Shown here piece after piece: positions 17,242 to 27,369 of a stretch of 37,679 bases of DNA; position 1 is the stretch's first letter, and each line of letters opens with the position of its first letter. The position numbers were made by a program, and so were the translations under genes. This DNA is from Ruminococcus sp. Its GTDB lineage: Bacteria; Bacillota; Clostridia; Oscillospirales; Ruminococcaceae. The notes under the pieces are model-generated. The model did not search any database and was not told the origin of the DNA. It saw only the letters and a program-made list of their open reading frames with translations. The stretch covers positions 1 to 37,679 of the forward strand of contig JAMOZU010000001.1 in NCBI GenBank assembly GCA_023667745.1, read 5' to 3'.

Positions 17242-17268
17242 ATATCGGCAGAAACCGAAAAAACTTGA
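17242..17268 (-). promoter_or_regulatory. sigma28 (FliA/SigD)-type promoter
   Basis: TCAA-15 nt-GCCGATAT on minus strand versus consensus TAAA-N15-GCCGATA(A/T). Confidence 0.65.
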
Positions 17269-17321
17269 TAGGCAATTTAAACAAATTTTGGAAAAAAATT
17301 TTTATGTTATCCGATGTTGTA

Positions 17322-17407
17322 ATACTAATCCATGTTTAGAATTAGGGAGAAGAGCCTGCCTCAAATCTTGTAATACTAATCCCCATAATTCAATGAGGGA
17401 TTTGTAT
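17322..17407 (+). repeat. Short dispersed repeat / MITE-like ends
   Basis: 17373-17410 identical to 27543-27580; 17322-17352 resembles the other end of the 30126-30229 element. Confidence 0.82.
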
Positions 17408-17463
17408 AAGGCTATGTACACTTTCCCTCTCTAACCTCCTGTATCTACCCCCCTAACCTCAAA

Positions 17464-17489
17464 AAGCCGCAAGGCTGCCCCTGCGGCTT
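17464..17489 (-). terminator. Intrinsic terminator of MCP gene
   Basis: aagccgca...tgcggctt stem with T-run on minus strand. Confidence 0.65.
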
Positions 17490-17520
17490 AAATGTGTATA
17501 TTTGATGATCAAAGCTAAAT

Positions 17521-19206
17521 TTATCTTGAGGTTGCAGACAGCTTGAATTCGCCCACAAGCTCCTTGAGCATTCTTGCCTGTCCGGAAAGCTCCTCGGAAG
17601 CCGCCGCAGACTCTTCGGAAGTTGCGGAGTTTGTCTGTACAACGCCGGATATCTGGTTGATGCCCACGGTGATCTGGGAGATAGAATCCGCTGCGTCCTT
17701 GGAAGCCCCGGATATCTGCTGGTTTATCTTCGCTACAGCCATTGTAGCCTCCGTTACCTCGTCCATCATGGTTGCAACCTCGTCCACAAGCCCGTTGCCC
17801 TTGCTGATAGCGGACACGGTAGCCTCGATAAGGTTGGTGGTGTTCTTGGCGGCCTCTGCGGACTTGCCCGCAAGGTTTCTTACCTCGTCCGCCACTACCG
17901 CAAAGCCCTTGCCCGCTGCTCCCGCTCTTGCTGCCTCTACGGCTGCGTTAAGAGCAAGGATATTGGTCTGGAATGCGATATCCTCAATAGTCTTGATGAT
18001 CTTCTGAGTCTCGCTGGAGGAGTTGGAAATCTCGTTCATAGCCGCCACAAGCTCTTTCATCTTGTCGCTTGCAGCCTGCATCTCCGTGCCTGCATCGTTG
18101 GTCTTGTTGCTGGCGTCTGCGGAGTCGTTGGCGTTGGTATTTATCTTGCCGGAAATTTCATTGATGGTCGCTGCAAGCTCCTCTACGCTGGAAGCCTGCT
18201 CGGTAGCACCCTGGCTCAATGCCTGTGCGCCCGAAGATACCTGATCCGAGCCTGCGGCTACCTGATCGGAGGCGTTGTTTATCTTTGCAAGGGTCATATT
18301 GAACTTGGTGATAAAGCCCTTCATACCGTTGATAATGCTGTTGAGTCCGCCCACGTAAAGGGTCTCGTCCTTGGATTTAACGCGCAGGTTGCCGTTTGCC
18401 ACCTCGTTGAGGACGTGTTCTATATCGTCGATAACGCTGCCGAGAATACGGCTCATCTCTCTGATGGAATCGGCCATCTCGCCGACCTCGTCTTTGGACT
18501 CATATTTAACAACATGGGTAAAGTCGCCTCTTGCCATAGCGGCTGCGGCTCTGTTTACCTCCTGAATACCGATGGTGAGCATCTTGGATATGTATGTTGC
18601 GAACAATACCGCAATTACTACTGCGGCTACGCCCATGGCAATGGAGACTATCGTGGTGGTGTTGATGCTCCGGTGAGCCTCATCATATATCTGAACGGCT
18701 CTGTTCTCAATAAATTCCTCAAGTCCCGCAACAAGCTGGTTGAGCGTCGTGAATGTGGGAACTACTTCCGTTTCAAATACTTCATATGCGGCCTCGGCGT
18801 TGTTCTCGAGAATGCTTGTGGAAATGTCCTGATAGATCTGCTTGATACTGTTGGTATAGCTCTCTATCTCCGCAAGCTTTTCCGGGTCGTAAATGCAGTT
18901 CTGCTTTAAAAATTCAAGTTCAGCCAAAGCCTCGTCCATGGTGTTGTATGCGCTTTCCAGTCTGGACGCACTTGAGTCATAGTCGTTCTCGACCATTGCT
19001 ATCAGCAGGTCTCTTGCGCTTTGCTGAACGAGCTTATCCATTGTAACAACGGACTGTACGTTCTCAAAGGGTACATCGTGGAACTCGTCAAGGTTACCGC
19101 CTACCCTTGTCATGGATATAATCGAGAAAATGATTATGAACACCATAAGTACCACGATTATCCCGAATGACACGAGCAGTTTCTTGGATATGCTTAAGTT
19201 TTTCAT
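17521..19206 (-). CDS. Methyl-accepting chemotaxis protein (four-helix sensor, HAMP, signalling domain)
   Basis: Two TM helices; [13 protein letters not shown]; [38 protein letters not shown]. Confidence 0.97.
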   Translation of the reverse strand: MKNLSISKKLLVSFGIIVVLMVFIIIFSIISMTRVGGNLDEFHDVPFENVQSVVTMDKLVQQSARDLLIAMVENDYDSSASRLESAYNTMDEALAELEFLKQNCIYDPEKLAEIESYTNSIKQIYQDISTSILENNAEAAYEVFETEVVPTFTTLNQLVAGLEEFIENRAVQIYDEAHRSINTTTIVSIAMGVAAVVIAVLFATYISKMLTIGIQEVNRAAAAMARGDFTHVVKYESKDEVGEMADSIREMSRILGSVIDDIEHVLNEVANGNLRVKSKDETLYVGGLNSIINGMKGFITKFNMTLAKINNASDQVAAGSDQVSSGAQALSQGATEQASSVEELAATINEISGKINTNANDSADASNKTNDAGTEMQAASDKMKELVAAMNEISNSSSETQKIIKTIEDIAFQTNILALNAAVEAARAGAAGKGFAVVADEVRNLAGKSAEAAKNTTNLIEATVSAISKGNGLVDEVATMMDEVTEATMAVAKINQQISGASKDAADSISQITVGINQISGVVQTNSATSEESAAASEELSGQARMLKELVGEFKLSATSR

Positions 19207-19539
19207 TTTTTATTTTGCTCCTTTCATCTCCGCCAAATATACACACTATTTGACATACTACTTGTATTATTATATAATAAAAATGAGAAATTTTCAGCAC
19301 TATTTTATGAACAATTTATAAATTATGTTAAATTTTTGAAAATTATGCCGAATTATTCTTCCTTTTTGACGTATAGTATAATTTCGCTTTTTAAAAGATT
19401 TTATTATTACAGATAGTATAAATCCCGACATGACGGACTTTCACGAAATGTCAAATTTATTGGTAAAACTTGACATTGAGCTTGGTTGACAATTCGCCGA
19501 AATTTGTCATTGTTCCATCTAAAAAATTTTCGCACCCTC

Positions 19540-19568
19540 TTGCAAACGGAAAAAAATTGTGCTATACT
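19540..19568 (+). promoter_or_regulatory. sigmaA promoter of LCP gene
   Basis: TTGCAA-17 nt-TATACT with TG. Confidence 0.7.
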
Positions 19569-19691
19569 TATTAAAGGCAATCAATGTGTGAGCCAAAGCT
19601 CACACCGGAGGAAAGCTCATATGCGGCTTTTTACCCTCCGGTAGATCGAAAATCACCTAAAAAAATCTTCAGCAAACGGGAGTAAATAAAT

Positions 19692-20612
19692 ATGTCAAAA
19701 AAATCGGCTAAGATAGGACTTACCTATTTTATAACCATTATATGCGCCATGGGTGTCATAGGCGGGGCGGGATATTTCGCTTTCAGCAGGCTGATGAACA
19801 GCCAGAGCGACATGGAAAAACTCGACCCCACCGCAGAGGTAACGATTACGGGGCAGCAGGAAGAGGAATATGTCCCCGAGCAGAGTTTCGGGCAGACGGC
19901 TCTTTTCATATACGAAGCGGAGCGGAAGTCTTCCTCCGTAACTTTTGTGCTTACCCGCTTTGTCCCTTATGAAAATAAGCTGGTGGTAGTGCCGCTCCAG
20001 TCGGACATCTGCACGGTGGTGGACGGCAAAACAAATACCCTTTACGAATTTTACCGCTTGGGCGGTACTCTTGACGCAGTAAAAGCCGCCGAATCGGCAA
20101 CGGGAGTTACCGTTGACAAATATATGAAACTTTCTCAGGAGAGTTTCGAGATATTCTGCGGCTATATGGGCAATATCGACTATGATGTCCCCTACAATTT
20201 GGTATACGAAAACGAGGAGACCGGCGAGGACACGGTCATCAAGGCGGGAGTCCACACTCTTGACAACACCATGCTCCGTAAGATAATAACCTTCCCCGCC
20301 TACCGGGGCGGCGAGGAATACCGAGCGAAAGTGGCGGGTTCGATAGCGGTCAGTCTTATAAACGCAGGCTCGAAAAGCTACCTTAAACGAGGCAGGGACA
20401 ATGTATTCACAAGCATAGTCAACAGCGGTGCGGAAACGAACATCACCAAATACGACTTTGAGGATTTAGACCCCGCCTTTGCCTATGTTCTCGGCAACAC
20501 CGATACCCCCGCCCAGCTTGTCATTCCCTCGGGAGTCTACAACGAAAACGACTGCTATGTGCTGGAGGAGAGTTTTCTGGTGGCGCTGCCGAGATGGTTT
20601 TCCTTGGAATAG
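19692..20612 (+). CDS. LCP (LytR-CpsA-Psr) family-like membrane protein
   Basis: N-terminal TM; LTRFVP.ENKLVVVPLQSD, TLYEFYRLGG, AESATGVTVDKYM, MGNIDYDVP pattern; divergent at the usual PRD motif. Confidence 0.72.
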   Translation: MSKKSAKIGLTYFITIICAMGVIGGAGYFAFSRLMNSQSDMEKLDPTAEVTITGQQEEEYVPEQSFGQTALFIYEAERKSSSVTFVLTRFVPYENKLVVVPLQSDICTVVDGKTNTLYEFYRLGGTLDAVKAAESATGVTVDKYMKLSQESFEIFCGYMGNIDYDVPYNLVYENEETGEDTVIKAGVHTLDNTMLRKIITFPAYRGGEEYRAKVAGSIAVSLINAGSKSYLKRGRDNVFTSIVNSGAETNITKYDFEDLDPAFAYVLGNTDTPAQLVIPSGVYNENDCYVLEESFLVALPRWFSLE

Positions 20613-20649
20613 AGGCAAGAGATGTGCGAACTTCGTTCGCACGAGAGGC

Positions 20650-20684
20650 AAGAGGCAAGAAGAGTTCCTGCCTCTTATTTTTTT
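20650..20684 (+). terminator. Intrinsic terminator
   Basis: aagaggcaagaa gag ttcctgcctctt followed by T-run. Confidence 0.6.
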
Positions 20685-20740
20685 ACCCTTGCTCGTTTCA
20701 AGGCTTTTTCCCGCCTACAGTGGGGAAAAGCCGCAGAGCG

Positions 20741-23470
20741 TCATTCCTCAAACACCCTATCCAACTCCCCTATCTCAACCGTGCTTACCGGCTCAAACTC
20801 ATCCGACTTCACATAATCGGACAAACTTTTCAGCAGCTGTTTGCAGGGAACGCTGTCTTTGGCGGTGTCATTCAGCAGATTTGATGTACAGCATAAGAGT
20901 TTCCCGCCGTTCACATTCGCCTCGAAAATAAGCCCCAAGCTGTGGTTGCGTTCGCAGTTGTCGATTACCCTTACTATAGGGTCTATGTCAATGCCGTCCA
21001 ATACAGCCGCCCTTGAATTGGTCACAATGTCGTACCACTGTGGGGTGGAGTATTCCAGCGAGGGGAACTCCCTCAAAGCCCTGTGCCGGCTGTCGGTCAG
21101 CAAACCCAGCGTCCCCGCGGGCAAGGGCTTATTCATGGAAACGGATATGGACTTGAACATGGGATAATTCCAGAAGTCGGTGCAGTATGTCCCCTCAACG
21201 GATTTTTCATCGGGCAGCCCTTTGGGGATAAACAGTAACCTTTCCCCTTCGGCAAGCCTTTCTTTAGCCTCTCCCCAGTCGGTGACAATATCGGCGGATA
21301 TGTTACACTCACATTCACATTCGGGATATATCCACAAAGTATAGTTGTTTACGGCCTCTCCGCATTCAAGGATAACATCACGCCTGCAAGGAGCTGTTAA
21401 GGCGGGCATTTCAAGCTCGGCTGTACCGACAGTAAACGTGCCGTTTTTGTAAACGCCCTCGGACTTTACCGTCTGTACAGCGTCCCCAAATGTAACCGTA
21501 ACCTTCGGGGAAACCTCCTCTTTCCCGGTGTAGCTGTAAAGCATAATTTCCATGAAGACCTTTTCCCCCGCCGTATAGGTAAACCTCGGCAGACAGCCGA
21601 GTATTACCCTGTCCGAGCAGAAATTCCGCCACTCTTCCGGGGAAATTACCCCCTTGTTCTCCATAAATGCGTTAAGCACGCCCACCAAGGCAGTCCCCTG
21701 CCCGGTAAAATCCTGTATATCCAGAAGCTGAAAGCCCGCCAGTTCCCTTGACCGCAAAGCTGTCTCTATCTCCGCCTTGTAGCACTCTGCGGCGAACCGC
21801 CCGGAGGCTTGGAAATACTTGTCCGCCAGCCGCAAAAGCCCCGCCTTTTGGAGACGTTCACGGAATATCTCCAAATTATACGGCTTTAGCACCCCGGTGT
21901 ACTTTTCAATTTCCTTGTAATCCGGGTACATAAAATACTGCCCCACCTCATGGCTCACCACAGGGACTTTCGGGATAAGCTCGCCGCTTGAACTGTCTAC
22001 CGTGACCGTTTTTACCCCCGTGCCGTATTGTATCTCTATAGTGCGGACAGTCCCCTCGCCGCTCCCCGCCGTCATGGGCGGGCGGATAAGGCTGTCATAG
22101 TTATAGCTGCTGTTGGGGGCGCAGGTCTGTATATGCCCCTGGGGAGCGTCGCACATAGCGTATGACCCTCTGAAAAGCCTGTCTCTCGAACAGCGTACCC
22201 CCACAAAGAAATCATCGTTGGGCAATACCTGCGGCCAGAACTGGAAATTATTCGACCCCTGTGTGTACAGCGGGCGGCTGTCATGGGCTTTGTAGTCCCC
22301 CAATATCTCATTGAGCCGCTCTGTGCTGCCCCAAAGCTCGTTGCCCAAAGAAAGGGCAAAAAACGAGGGGTGATTGCCGAACTCGTCCAGAATCCTGTAA
22401 CCTTCGTCCACCAGATACTGCTGACCGGGAGTGAGGGTCTCATCCACCGTCCCCCAGAAAGGCAGCTCCGGCTCTAAGTATATCCCCAGCTCGTCCGCCG
22501 CTTCAAAAGCCGCTTCCGGGGGGCAGCAGGTGTGGAAACGGTAATGATTTATCCCGTGTTCTTTTGCCGCTTCCATTACTTTGAGCCAAGCCGCCTTGTC
22601 GGTGGGTGCGGCGGCTGTCAGGGGGAATATCATGCCGTCATGCTTTCCCCGCAGGAAAATCTTTTCTCCGTTTAAGAGAATGTCATTGCCGCTTACGGTA
22701 AATTTCCGCAAGCCGAAATCAATGCGGGCAATATCCCTTCCCGACTTTATTTTCATGGTGTACACTTTCGGGGAATGCTCGCTCCATTTTACGGCGTTCT
22801 CCATTTTATATATTATCTCGAATTTCCCCCGTACAGTCTCGGTGACATCGGGAAACCCCTCAACGGACAGGGTAACATCACAGCTTTCTATGCTGTTGAC
22901 AACGCCCTTTACGGTAACGCTCATATTATCCGGGTCGGGGAAAATCCTCACTTCCTCCGGGCGGCATTTTTCACGGTATTCTATGTAAATATCCCCCGTG
23001 ACCCCAAGCCAGTTGGTCTGGGTGTCCTGAGAGGTCATATGCCCGCCGGGGACGGGGCAGGAGATGTTGTCAACAAGCAATGTTATCCGCAAAGGCTTTA
23101 CCCCCGCAAGCTCGGTGATGTTATACCTATGGGAAGCGCAAAGGCTGTTGCGTGTCCCCGCAAACTTGCCGTCAATATACAGGGCGGTGGTGCGGGTGCG
23201 TTCGATACAAAGGAAAATATCGCAGTTATCGTCCTTTGTGACCTCCGCCGTCCGTTCATATACCGCATACCCCTCAAACCGCCGAGGGTCTGTCAGAAAA
23301 CCGTCGCTCCTTTCCTCTGTCAGGGGAGCTTTCTCTGCAGATGATACCGTGGACGGCAGCATTACCGTATCATCAAAAGCGGCGTTTATATCCGGGGCTT
23401 TGGGGCATTCCTCCTTGCTGTAAAGTCGGAATTTCCAAAGGGAATCGGTGAGGGTTATTTTATCGGTCAT
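20741..23470 (-). CDS. Glycoside hydrolase family 2 protein
   Basis: FGLRKF...LNGEKIFLRG, GINHYRFHT, ADELGIY, NHPSF...LGNE, PVVSHE.GQ; no signal peptide. Confidence 0.9.
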   Translation of the reverse strand: MTDKITLTDSLWKFRLYSKEECPKAPDINAAFDDTVMLPSTVSSAEKAPLTEERSDGFLTDPRRFEGYAVYERTAEVTKDDNCDIFLCIERTRTTALYIDGKFAGTRNSLCASHRYNITELAGVKPLRITLLVDNISCPVPGGHMTSQDTQTNWLGVTGDIYIEYREKCRPEEVRIFPDPDNMSVTVKGVVNSIESCDVTLSVEGFPDVTETVRGKFEIIYKMENAVKWSEHSPKVYTMKIKSGRDIARIDFGLRKFTVSGNDILLNGEKIFLRGKHDGMIFPLTAAAPTDKAAWLKVMEAAKEHGINHYRFHTCCPPEAAFEAADELGIYLEPELPFWGTVDETLTPGQQYLVDEGYRILDEFGNHPSFFALSLGNELWGSTERLNEILGDYKAHDSRPLYTQGSNNFQFWPQVLPNDDFFVGVRCSRDRLFRGSYAMCDAPQGHIQTCAPNSSYNYDSLIRPPMTAGSGEGTVRTIEIQYGTGVKTVTVDSSSGELIPKVPVVSHEVGQYFMYPDYKEIEKYTGVLKPYNLEIFRERLQKAGLLRLADKYFQASGRFAAECYKAEIETALRSRELAGFQLLDIQDFTGQGTALVGVLNAFMENKGVISPEEWRNFCSDRVILGCLPRFTYTAGEKVFMEIMLYSYTGKEEVSPKVTVTFGDAVQTVKSEGVYKNGTFTVGTAELEMPALTAPCRRDVILECGEAVNNYTLWIYPECECECNISADIVTDWGEAKERLAEGERLLFIPKGLPDEKSVEGTYCTDFWNYPMFKSISVSMNKPLPAGTLGLLTDSRHRALREFPSLEYSTPQWYDIVTNSRAAVLDGIDIDPIVRVIDNCERNHSLGLIFEANVNGGKLLCCTSNLLNDTAKDSVPCKQLLKSLSDYVKSDEFEPVSTVEIGELDRVFEE

Positions 23471-23490
23471 GATTATTCGTTCCTTCCTTT

Positions 23491-23525
23491 TAGAGGTTAG
23501 AAGTTAGAGGTAAGAGGTTAGAGAG
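23491..23525 (+). repeat. Heptamer tandem repeat (TAGAGGT)x5
   Basis: tagaggt tagaagt tagaggt aagaggt tagagag. Confidence 0.8.
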
Positions 23526-23940
23526 GGGTCATATGTTTTTTCAAAACATCGGCGAAGCCTTTGCGGGACGGGGTCAAGGGGTGAAGCCTTTGCGGGACGG
23601 GGTCAAGGGGCGAAGCCCTTGCGGGGTCAAGGGGCAGAGCCCTTGCCGGGTCTGGGGCGGAGCTCCAGCGGGGTTTGGGGCAGAGCCCCAACGGCGTAAG
23701 CCGCTGTAACTGACAGTAAGCTGCAAGCAAAAGCATTGCAGTAGCAAGTAACCTCAACCGCCGCCCGACCGCCGAAAAAGCGTTTTGATAAATGAAAGTG
23801 GAACAGAAAAATTAACTGTTACCGAGCAAGTAAAGGTCGGGCGGCGGTGCGGCGTAGCGTGTGCGACGAATGTCGCACACAGCACGCCGCCGCCCGTGAG
23901 GGCGCATGTCGATAACAAATACCGACAAATTAAAGCATTA
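23526..23940 (+). repeat. Structured intergenic repeat (copy E) with expanded hairpin array
   Basis: Same core as copies B and D; extra GGGGC(A/G)(G/A)AGCCC units including a 29-bp tandem duplication. Confidence 0.92.
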
Positions 23941-23959
23941 CAATTTCATTGTCCATTTA

Positions 23960-26176
23960 CTAATGTGAAATAATATCAGTTTTTTCGCCGTACCTCTCAT
24001 CTCTGTAAGCCGAAAGCTCGGCTTTCTCGTCAAGATCGGGAATATGCTTTCTCATTGCCTGAAGCTCCTCAAACGCCTTTTTGCGTTCCGTTTGTGAATG
24101 CTCATTTTGGGAATACAACGGCGAACACATACCCGCAAGCAATTCATACTCCCCCCTCATCGGTACTCGTTCTCCTGTCTCGTTCACCACGGTAAAAGTG
24201 TTTTCATCAAGGGGTACATCAACCGTCATTTCCTCCCCCGCTTTCAGGAAAACACGCTTGAATCCGCACAGCACGGGGTTTCTCGGCGCATGGGGGTCAT
24301 TCGCTTTAATGTACACCTGTACAACATCTTCGCTGTCATACACCCCGCTGTTTTTCACCTTTACACGAACGCTTTTTCGGGGGGCATTTGTTTCCCTTTC
24401 CATAAGCTCCGCCGAAAAGTCCCCGTAAGTAAGACCGTACCCGAAGGGATAAAGAACATTCTCCCCGCTTTCAAGATAGCGGTAAGTCCTGTTTTTCATG
24501 GAATAATCGGTAAACTCCGGCAGCAGTTCGGCGGACTTGTAAAAGGTCACGGGCAGCTTTCCCGACGGAGATATTTTCCCCGTAAGTATCTCCGCCAACG
24601 CCTTTCCCCCCTGCGCTCCGGGGTAAAAGCACTGCACCGCCGCAGACGGCTGTATGACACCCTCTCCCGGCAGGAAATTTATACTGCTTCCTGAAACATT
24701 TACTATAATATACGGCTTGCCCACAGCGGCTATCTTTTCAATAAGGACTTGCTGGCAATAAGGCAGGGAAAGGCTTTGCTTATCCCCGGAGGAAAACTCG
24801 TTGCCTGTGTCCCCCTCTTCCCCCTCCAGAGTTGCGTCAAGCCCCGTGAATATCAGGGAAATATCCGCCGCTTTGGCGCATTCCTCCGCCTCGGCGTACC
24901 TGTCGCCGGGCTTGGCAAGTCCGCTTATCCTGTCTTTATAAAGGTGACAGCCCTCGGAATAGAATATCCGCCCGTTAAACTCCTCCTGCAAGCCCTGCAA
25001 AAAGGTCACATACCTGTCCGCCCGCCCGCAGTAGTTCCCTTCCAGAGCCGCACGGCTGTCTGCGTTAGGTCCTATGACGGCAATCGAGGAAACGCCTTTC
25101 AGCGGCAAAATGCCCTTATTCTCCAACAGTACAACGCTTTTCTTTGCCGCCGCCAATGCAGCCGCTTGATGTTCGGGACAGCATACGGCTTCATAGGAAA
25201 TGTTGTCATATTCTGTAGACTTATCGAACATTCCCAGTTTAAATAGGGTAGTCATGGTGTTTACGCAGGCTTGCTCAATGTCCTCTTTTGTTATAAGCCC
25301 TTCGTCAAGAGCGGCCAACAGATGAGCATATGTGCAGCCGCAGTTAAGGTCGCAGCCCGCCTTTATCGCCATGGCGGCGGACTCAACGGCATTGTGGGTA
25401 ACATGATGGCTTTCGTGAAAATCCCTTATCGCCCAGCAGTCGGAAACAAAATATCCCTCAAATCCCCATTCACGGAGCTTTTCCATAAGGCGGGGAGAGG
25501 CGCAGGCAGGCTCGCCGTTTACACGGTTGTAAGCCCCCATTACCCCCTCGACTTCCGCTTTTACAAGAGCTTTAAATGCGGGAAGATAGGTCTCTTCCAT
25601 ATCTTTCGGGGAGACCTCGGCGTTAAACTCATGCCGCAGAGCCTCCGGGCCGCTGTGGACGGCAAAATGCTTGGCGCAGGCGGCAGCCCGCAGTACTTTC
25701 CCCTCCCCCTGAAGTCCCTTAACATAGGCAACGCCCAGAGAAGCCGTTAAATAAGGGTCTTCCCCGTAGGTCTCATGCCCCCGCCCCCACCGTGGGTCAC
25801 GGAAAATGTTTATATTGGGCGACCATATGGTCAGCCCCTTGTAAATGTCGTTGTCACGGTCACGATAGGCGTTGAACTTGGCTCTCGCTTCAATTGACGT
25901 AACTTCCGCCGCCCTTTTTACCGTGTCCGGGTCAAAAGAAGCGGCAAGCCCTATCGCCTGGGGGAAAACGGTAGCCGTCCCCGCTCTCGCCAGTCCGTGC
26001 AGACCCTCGTTCCACCAGTTATAGGCTGGCAGCCCCACCCGTGAAACCGCAGGGGACTCGTAAGACAGCCTCGCTGCCTGTTCGCCGACTGTCAGCTCCT
26101 TTGTCAAAAGCATTGCCCTTTCCCTTGGGGAAAGGCATTCTCTCGAAGAAAGGTTTTCATTTTCCCACGGGCGCAT
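23960..26176 (-). CDS. Glycoside hydrolase family 3 (beta-xylosidase-like) with Fn3-like domain
   Basis: WWNEGLHG, WSPNINIFRDPRWGRGHETYGEDP, KHFAVH, VSDCWA, PSGKLPVTFY, YPFGYGLTY, L.GFKRV.L. Confidence 0.96.
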   Translation of the reverse strand: MRPWENENLSSRECLSPRERAMLLTKELTVGEQAARLSYESPAVSRVGLPAYNWWNEGLHGLARAGTATVFPQAIGLAASFDPDTVKRAAEVTSIEARAKFNAYRDRDNDIYKGLTIWSPNINIFRDPRWGRGHETYGEDPYLTASLGVAYVKGLQGEGKVLRAAACAKHFAVHSGPEALRHEFNAEVSPKDMEETYLPAFKALVKAEVEGVMGAYNRVNGEPACASPRLMEKLREWGFEGYFVSDCWAIRDFHESHHVTHNAVESAAMAIKAGCDLNCGCTYAHLLAALDEGLITKEDIEQACVNTMTTLFKLGMFDKSTEYDNISYEAVCCPEHQAAALAAAKKSVVLLENKGILPLKGVSSIAVIGPNADSRAALEGNYCGRADRYVTFLQGLQEEFNGRIFYSEGCHLYKDRISGLAKPGDRYAEAEECAKAADISLIFTGLDATLEGEEGDTGNEFSSGDKQSLSLPYCQQVLIEKIAAVGKPYIIVNVSGSSINFLPGEGVIQPSAAVQCFYPGAQGGKALAEILTGKISPSGKLPVTFYKSAELLPEFTDYSMKNRTYRYLESGENVLYPFGYGLTYGDFSAELMERETNAPRKSVRVKVKNSGVYDSEDVVQVYIKANDPHAPRNPVLCGFKRVFLKAGEEMTVDVPLDENTFTVVNETGERVPMRGEYELLAGMCSPLYSQNEHSQTERKKAFEELQAMRKHIPDLDEKAELSAYRDERYGEKTDIISH

Positions 26177-26270
26177 AGCGTTCCGCTCCTTTTCGGCGTC
26201 AGTCTTATTGCCGATTTAAGTTTTTAATCTGCAAAAAGTCCCTTCGGCAAATTAAAAGTTCTTATCTTAA

Positions 26271-26308
26271 TCGGGTTTTCCCCCGCCTCCGGCAGGGGAA
26301 AACCCGAA
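26271..26308. terminator. GC-rich hairpin downstream of 26357-27169
   Basis: tcgggttttccccc gcc tcc ggc a gggggaaaacccga. Confidence 0.55.
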
Positions 26309-26356
26309 CAGCCCGAAAATCCCGAAATTTTAAAAAAACGTTTGCTCGGAAGTTCC

Positions 26357-27169
26357 TTAATTTTCCGTTACTTTTACCTTAACGGTGAACTTAACGGAAG
26401 AGTCGTGCTTGGAAGTTACGGTAATGGTGCAAGTGCCCTTTTTCTTGGCGTACATTTCCCCTGCGGTGGTTATTTCAATAATGCTCTTGTCGGAGGACTT
26501 GTAGGTAACGTCTTTGTAAGTGGTGTTGATGGGCTTGTAGTTTACCACAACAAAGGTGCGGTCATAGCGGCGCATGGGAATCTCATCGGTAGAGGGGTAT
26601 ATCTCCGTGGGATAGATGACCTCTTCGTCCGATTCGGGAGTAACCGAGGGCTGAGATGTAAGGATAGTGCCGTCCTCGCCGAAGCGGTATCTTTCGCCGT
26701 CTATCTTGATAGTCTTGTTCACGGCTCTTTTGCCGCTGTACTCATAATAATAGGTAACGCCGTCGGAGGTCTGCCAGCCTGTGAGCATAAGCCCCTTGGA
26801 ATTGAAATGATAGTAGTCTTTGCCTATCAGCTTTACCCCCGTGACAGCCGCACCGCTTTTGGTAAGGTAGTATTTGCCGCCTTTGGTTTTGAGCCAGCCG
26901 CCCTTTTTCATCTTGCCGTCGCTGCCGAAATAGAAGCGGTTGCCGTTTTTGTCGGTGTACCAGCCGCTTTGCATTATGCCCTTTTTGCTGAAGTAATAGG
27001 TATCGTCGTCAATTTTCTGTATGCCCGTAACTGCGCTGCCGTTGTCATCGAGGTACATTTTGCCGTCTGCGGTGTCTTTCCACTCGCCCGCAAAGCAGGT
27101 AACGCTCATGGATAAGCTCATCATGGCGGCAAGGCATACAGCCGCCGCATTTTTAACGGTTTTTTTCAT
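26357..27169 (-). CDS. Secreted protein with cell-wall/choline-binding repeats and C-terminal Ig-like (Big_2) domain
   Basis: Signal peptide; repeated YYF...G.M..GW units; VTYKSSDKSIIEITTAG...KKKGTCTITVT. Confidence 0.88.
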   Translation of the reverse strand: MKKTVKNAAAVCLAAMMSLSMSVTCFAGEWKDTADGKMYLDDNGSAVTGIQKIDDDTYYFSKKGIMQSGWYTDKNGNRFYFGSDGKMKKGGWLKTKGGKYYLTKSGAAVTGVKLIGKDYYHFNSKGLMLTGWQTSDGVTYYYEYSGKRAVNKTIKIDGERYRFGEDGTILTSQPSVTPESDEEVIYPTEIYPSTDEIPMRRYDRTFVVVNYKPINTTYKDVTYKSSDKSIIEITTAGEMYAKKKGTCTITVTSKHDSSVKFTVKVKVTEN

Positions 27170-27289
27170 AAAAAAATTCCTCCCATAAAAGAATATATAT
27201 ATCAATTATAACATATTTTACGATTTTATTTTATAATTATCGGTAAACAAATAAATAAATTTATATGAACATTTCTCCCGAAAATTCTC

Positions 27290-27318
27290 TTGACAAAAAG
27301 GAAAAAATGAGCTACAAT
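27290..27318 (+). promoter_or_regulatory. sigmaA promoter
   Basis: TTGACA-17 nt-TACAAT. Confidence 0.75.
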
Positions 27319-27369
27319 ATAATCAGGACGCATAACGCAGAACACGGACCGCCTGCGGGAGGTATACAT

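Noticed and set aside
17322-17410. 35-bp repeat as a CRISPR repeat or mini-array
   Set aside because: Copies are dispersed singly and form the inverted ends of the 30126-30229 element
26342-27115. 257-aa + strand ORF
   Set aside because: Antisense to the cell-wall-binding protein gene
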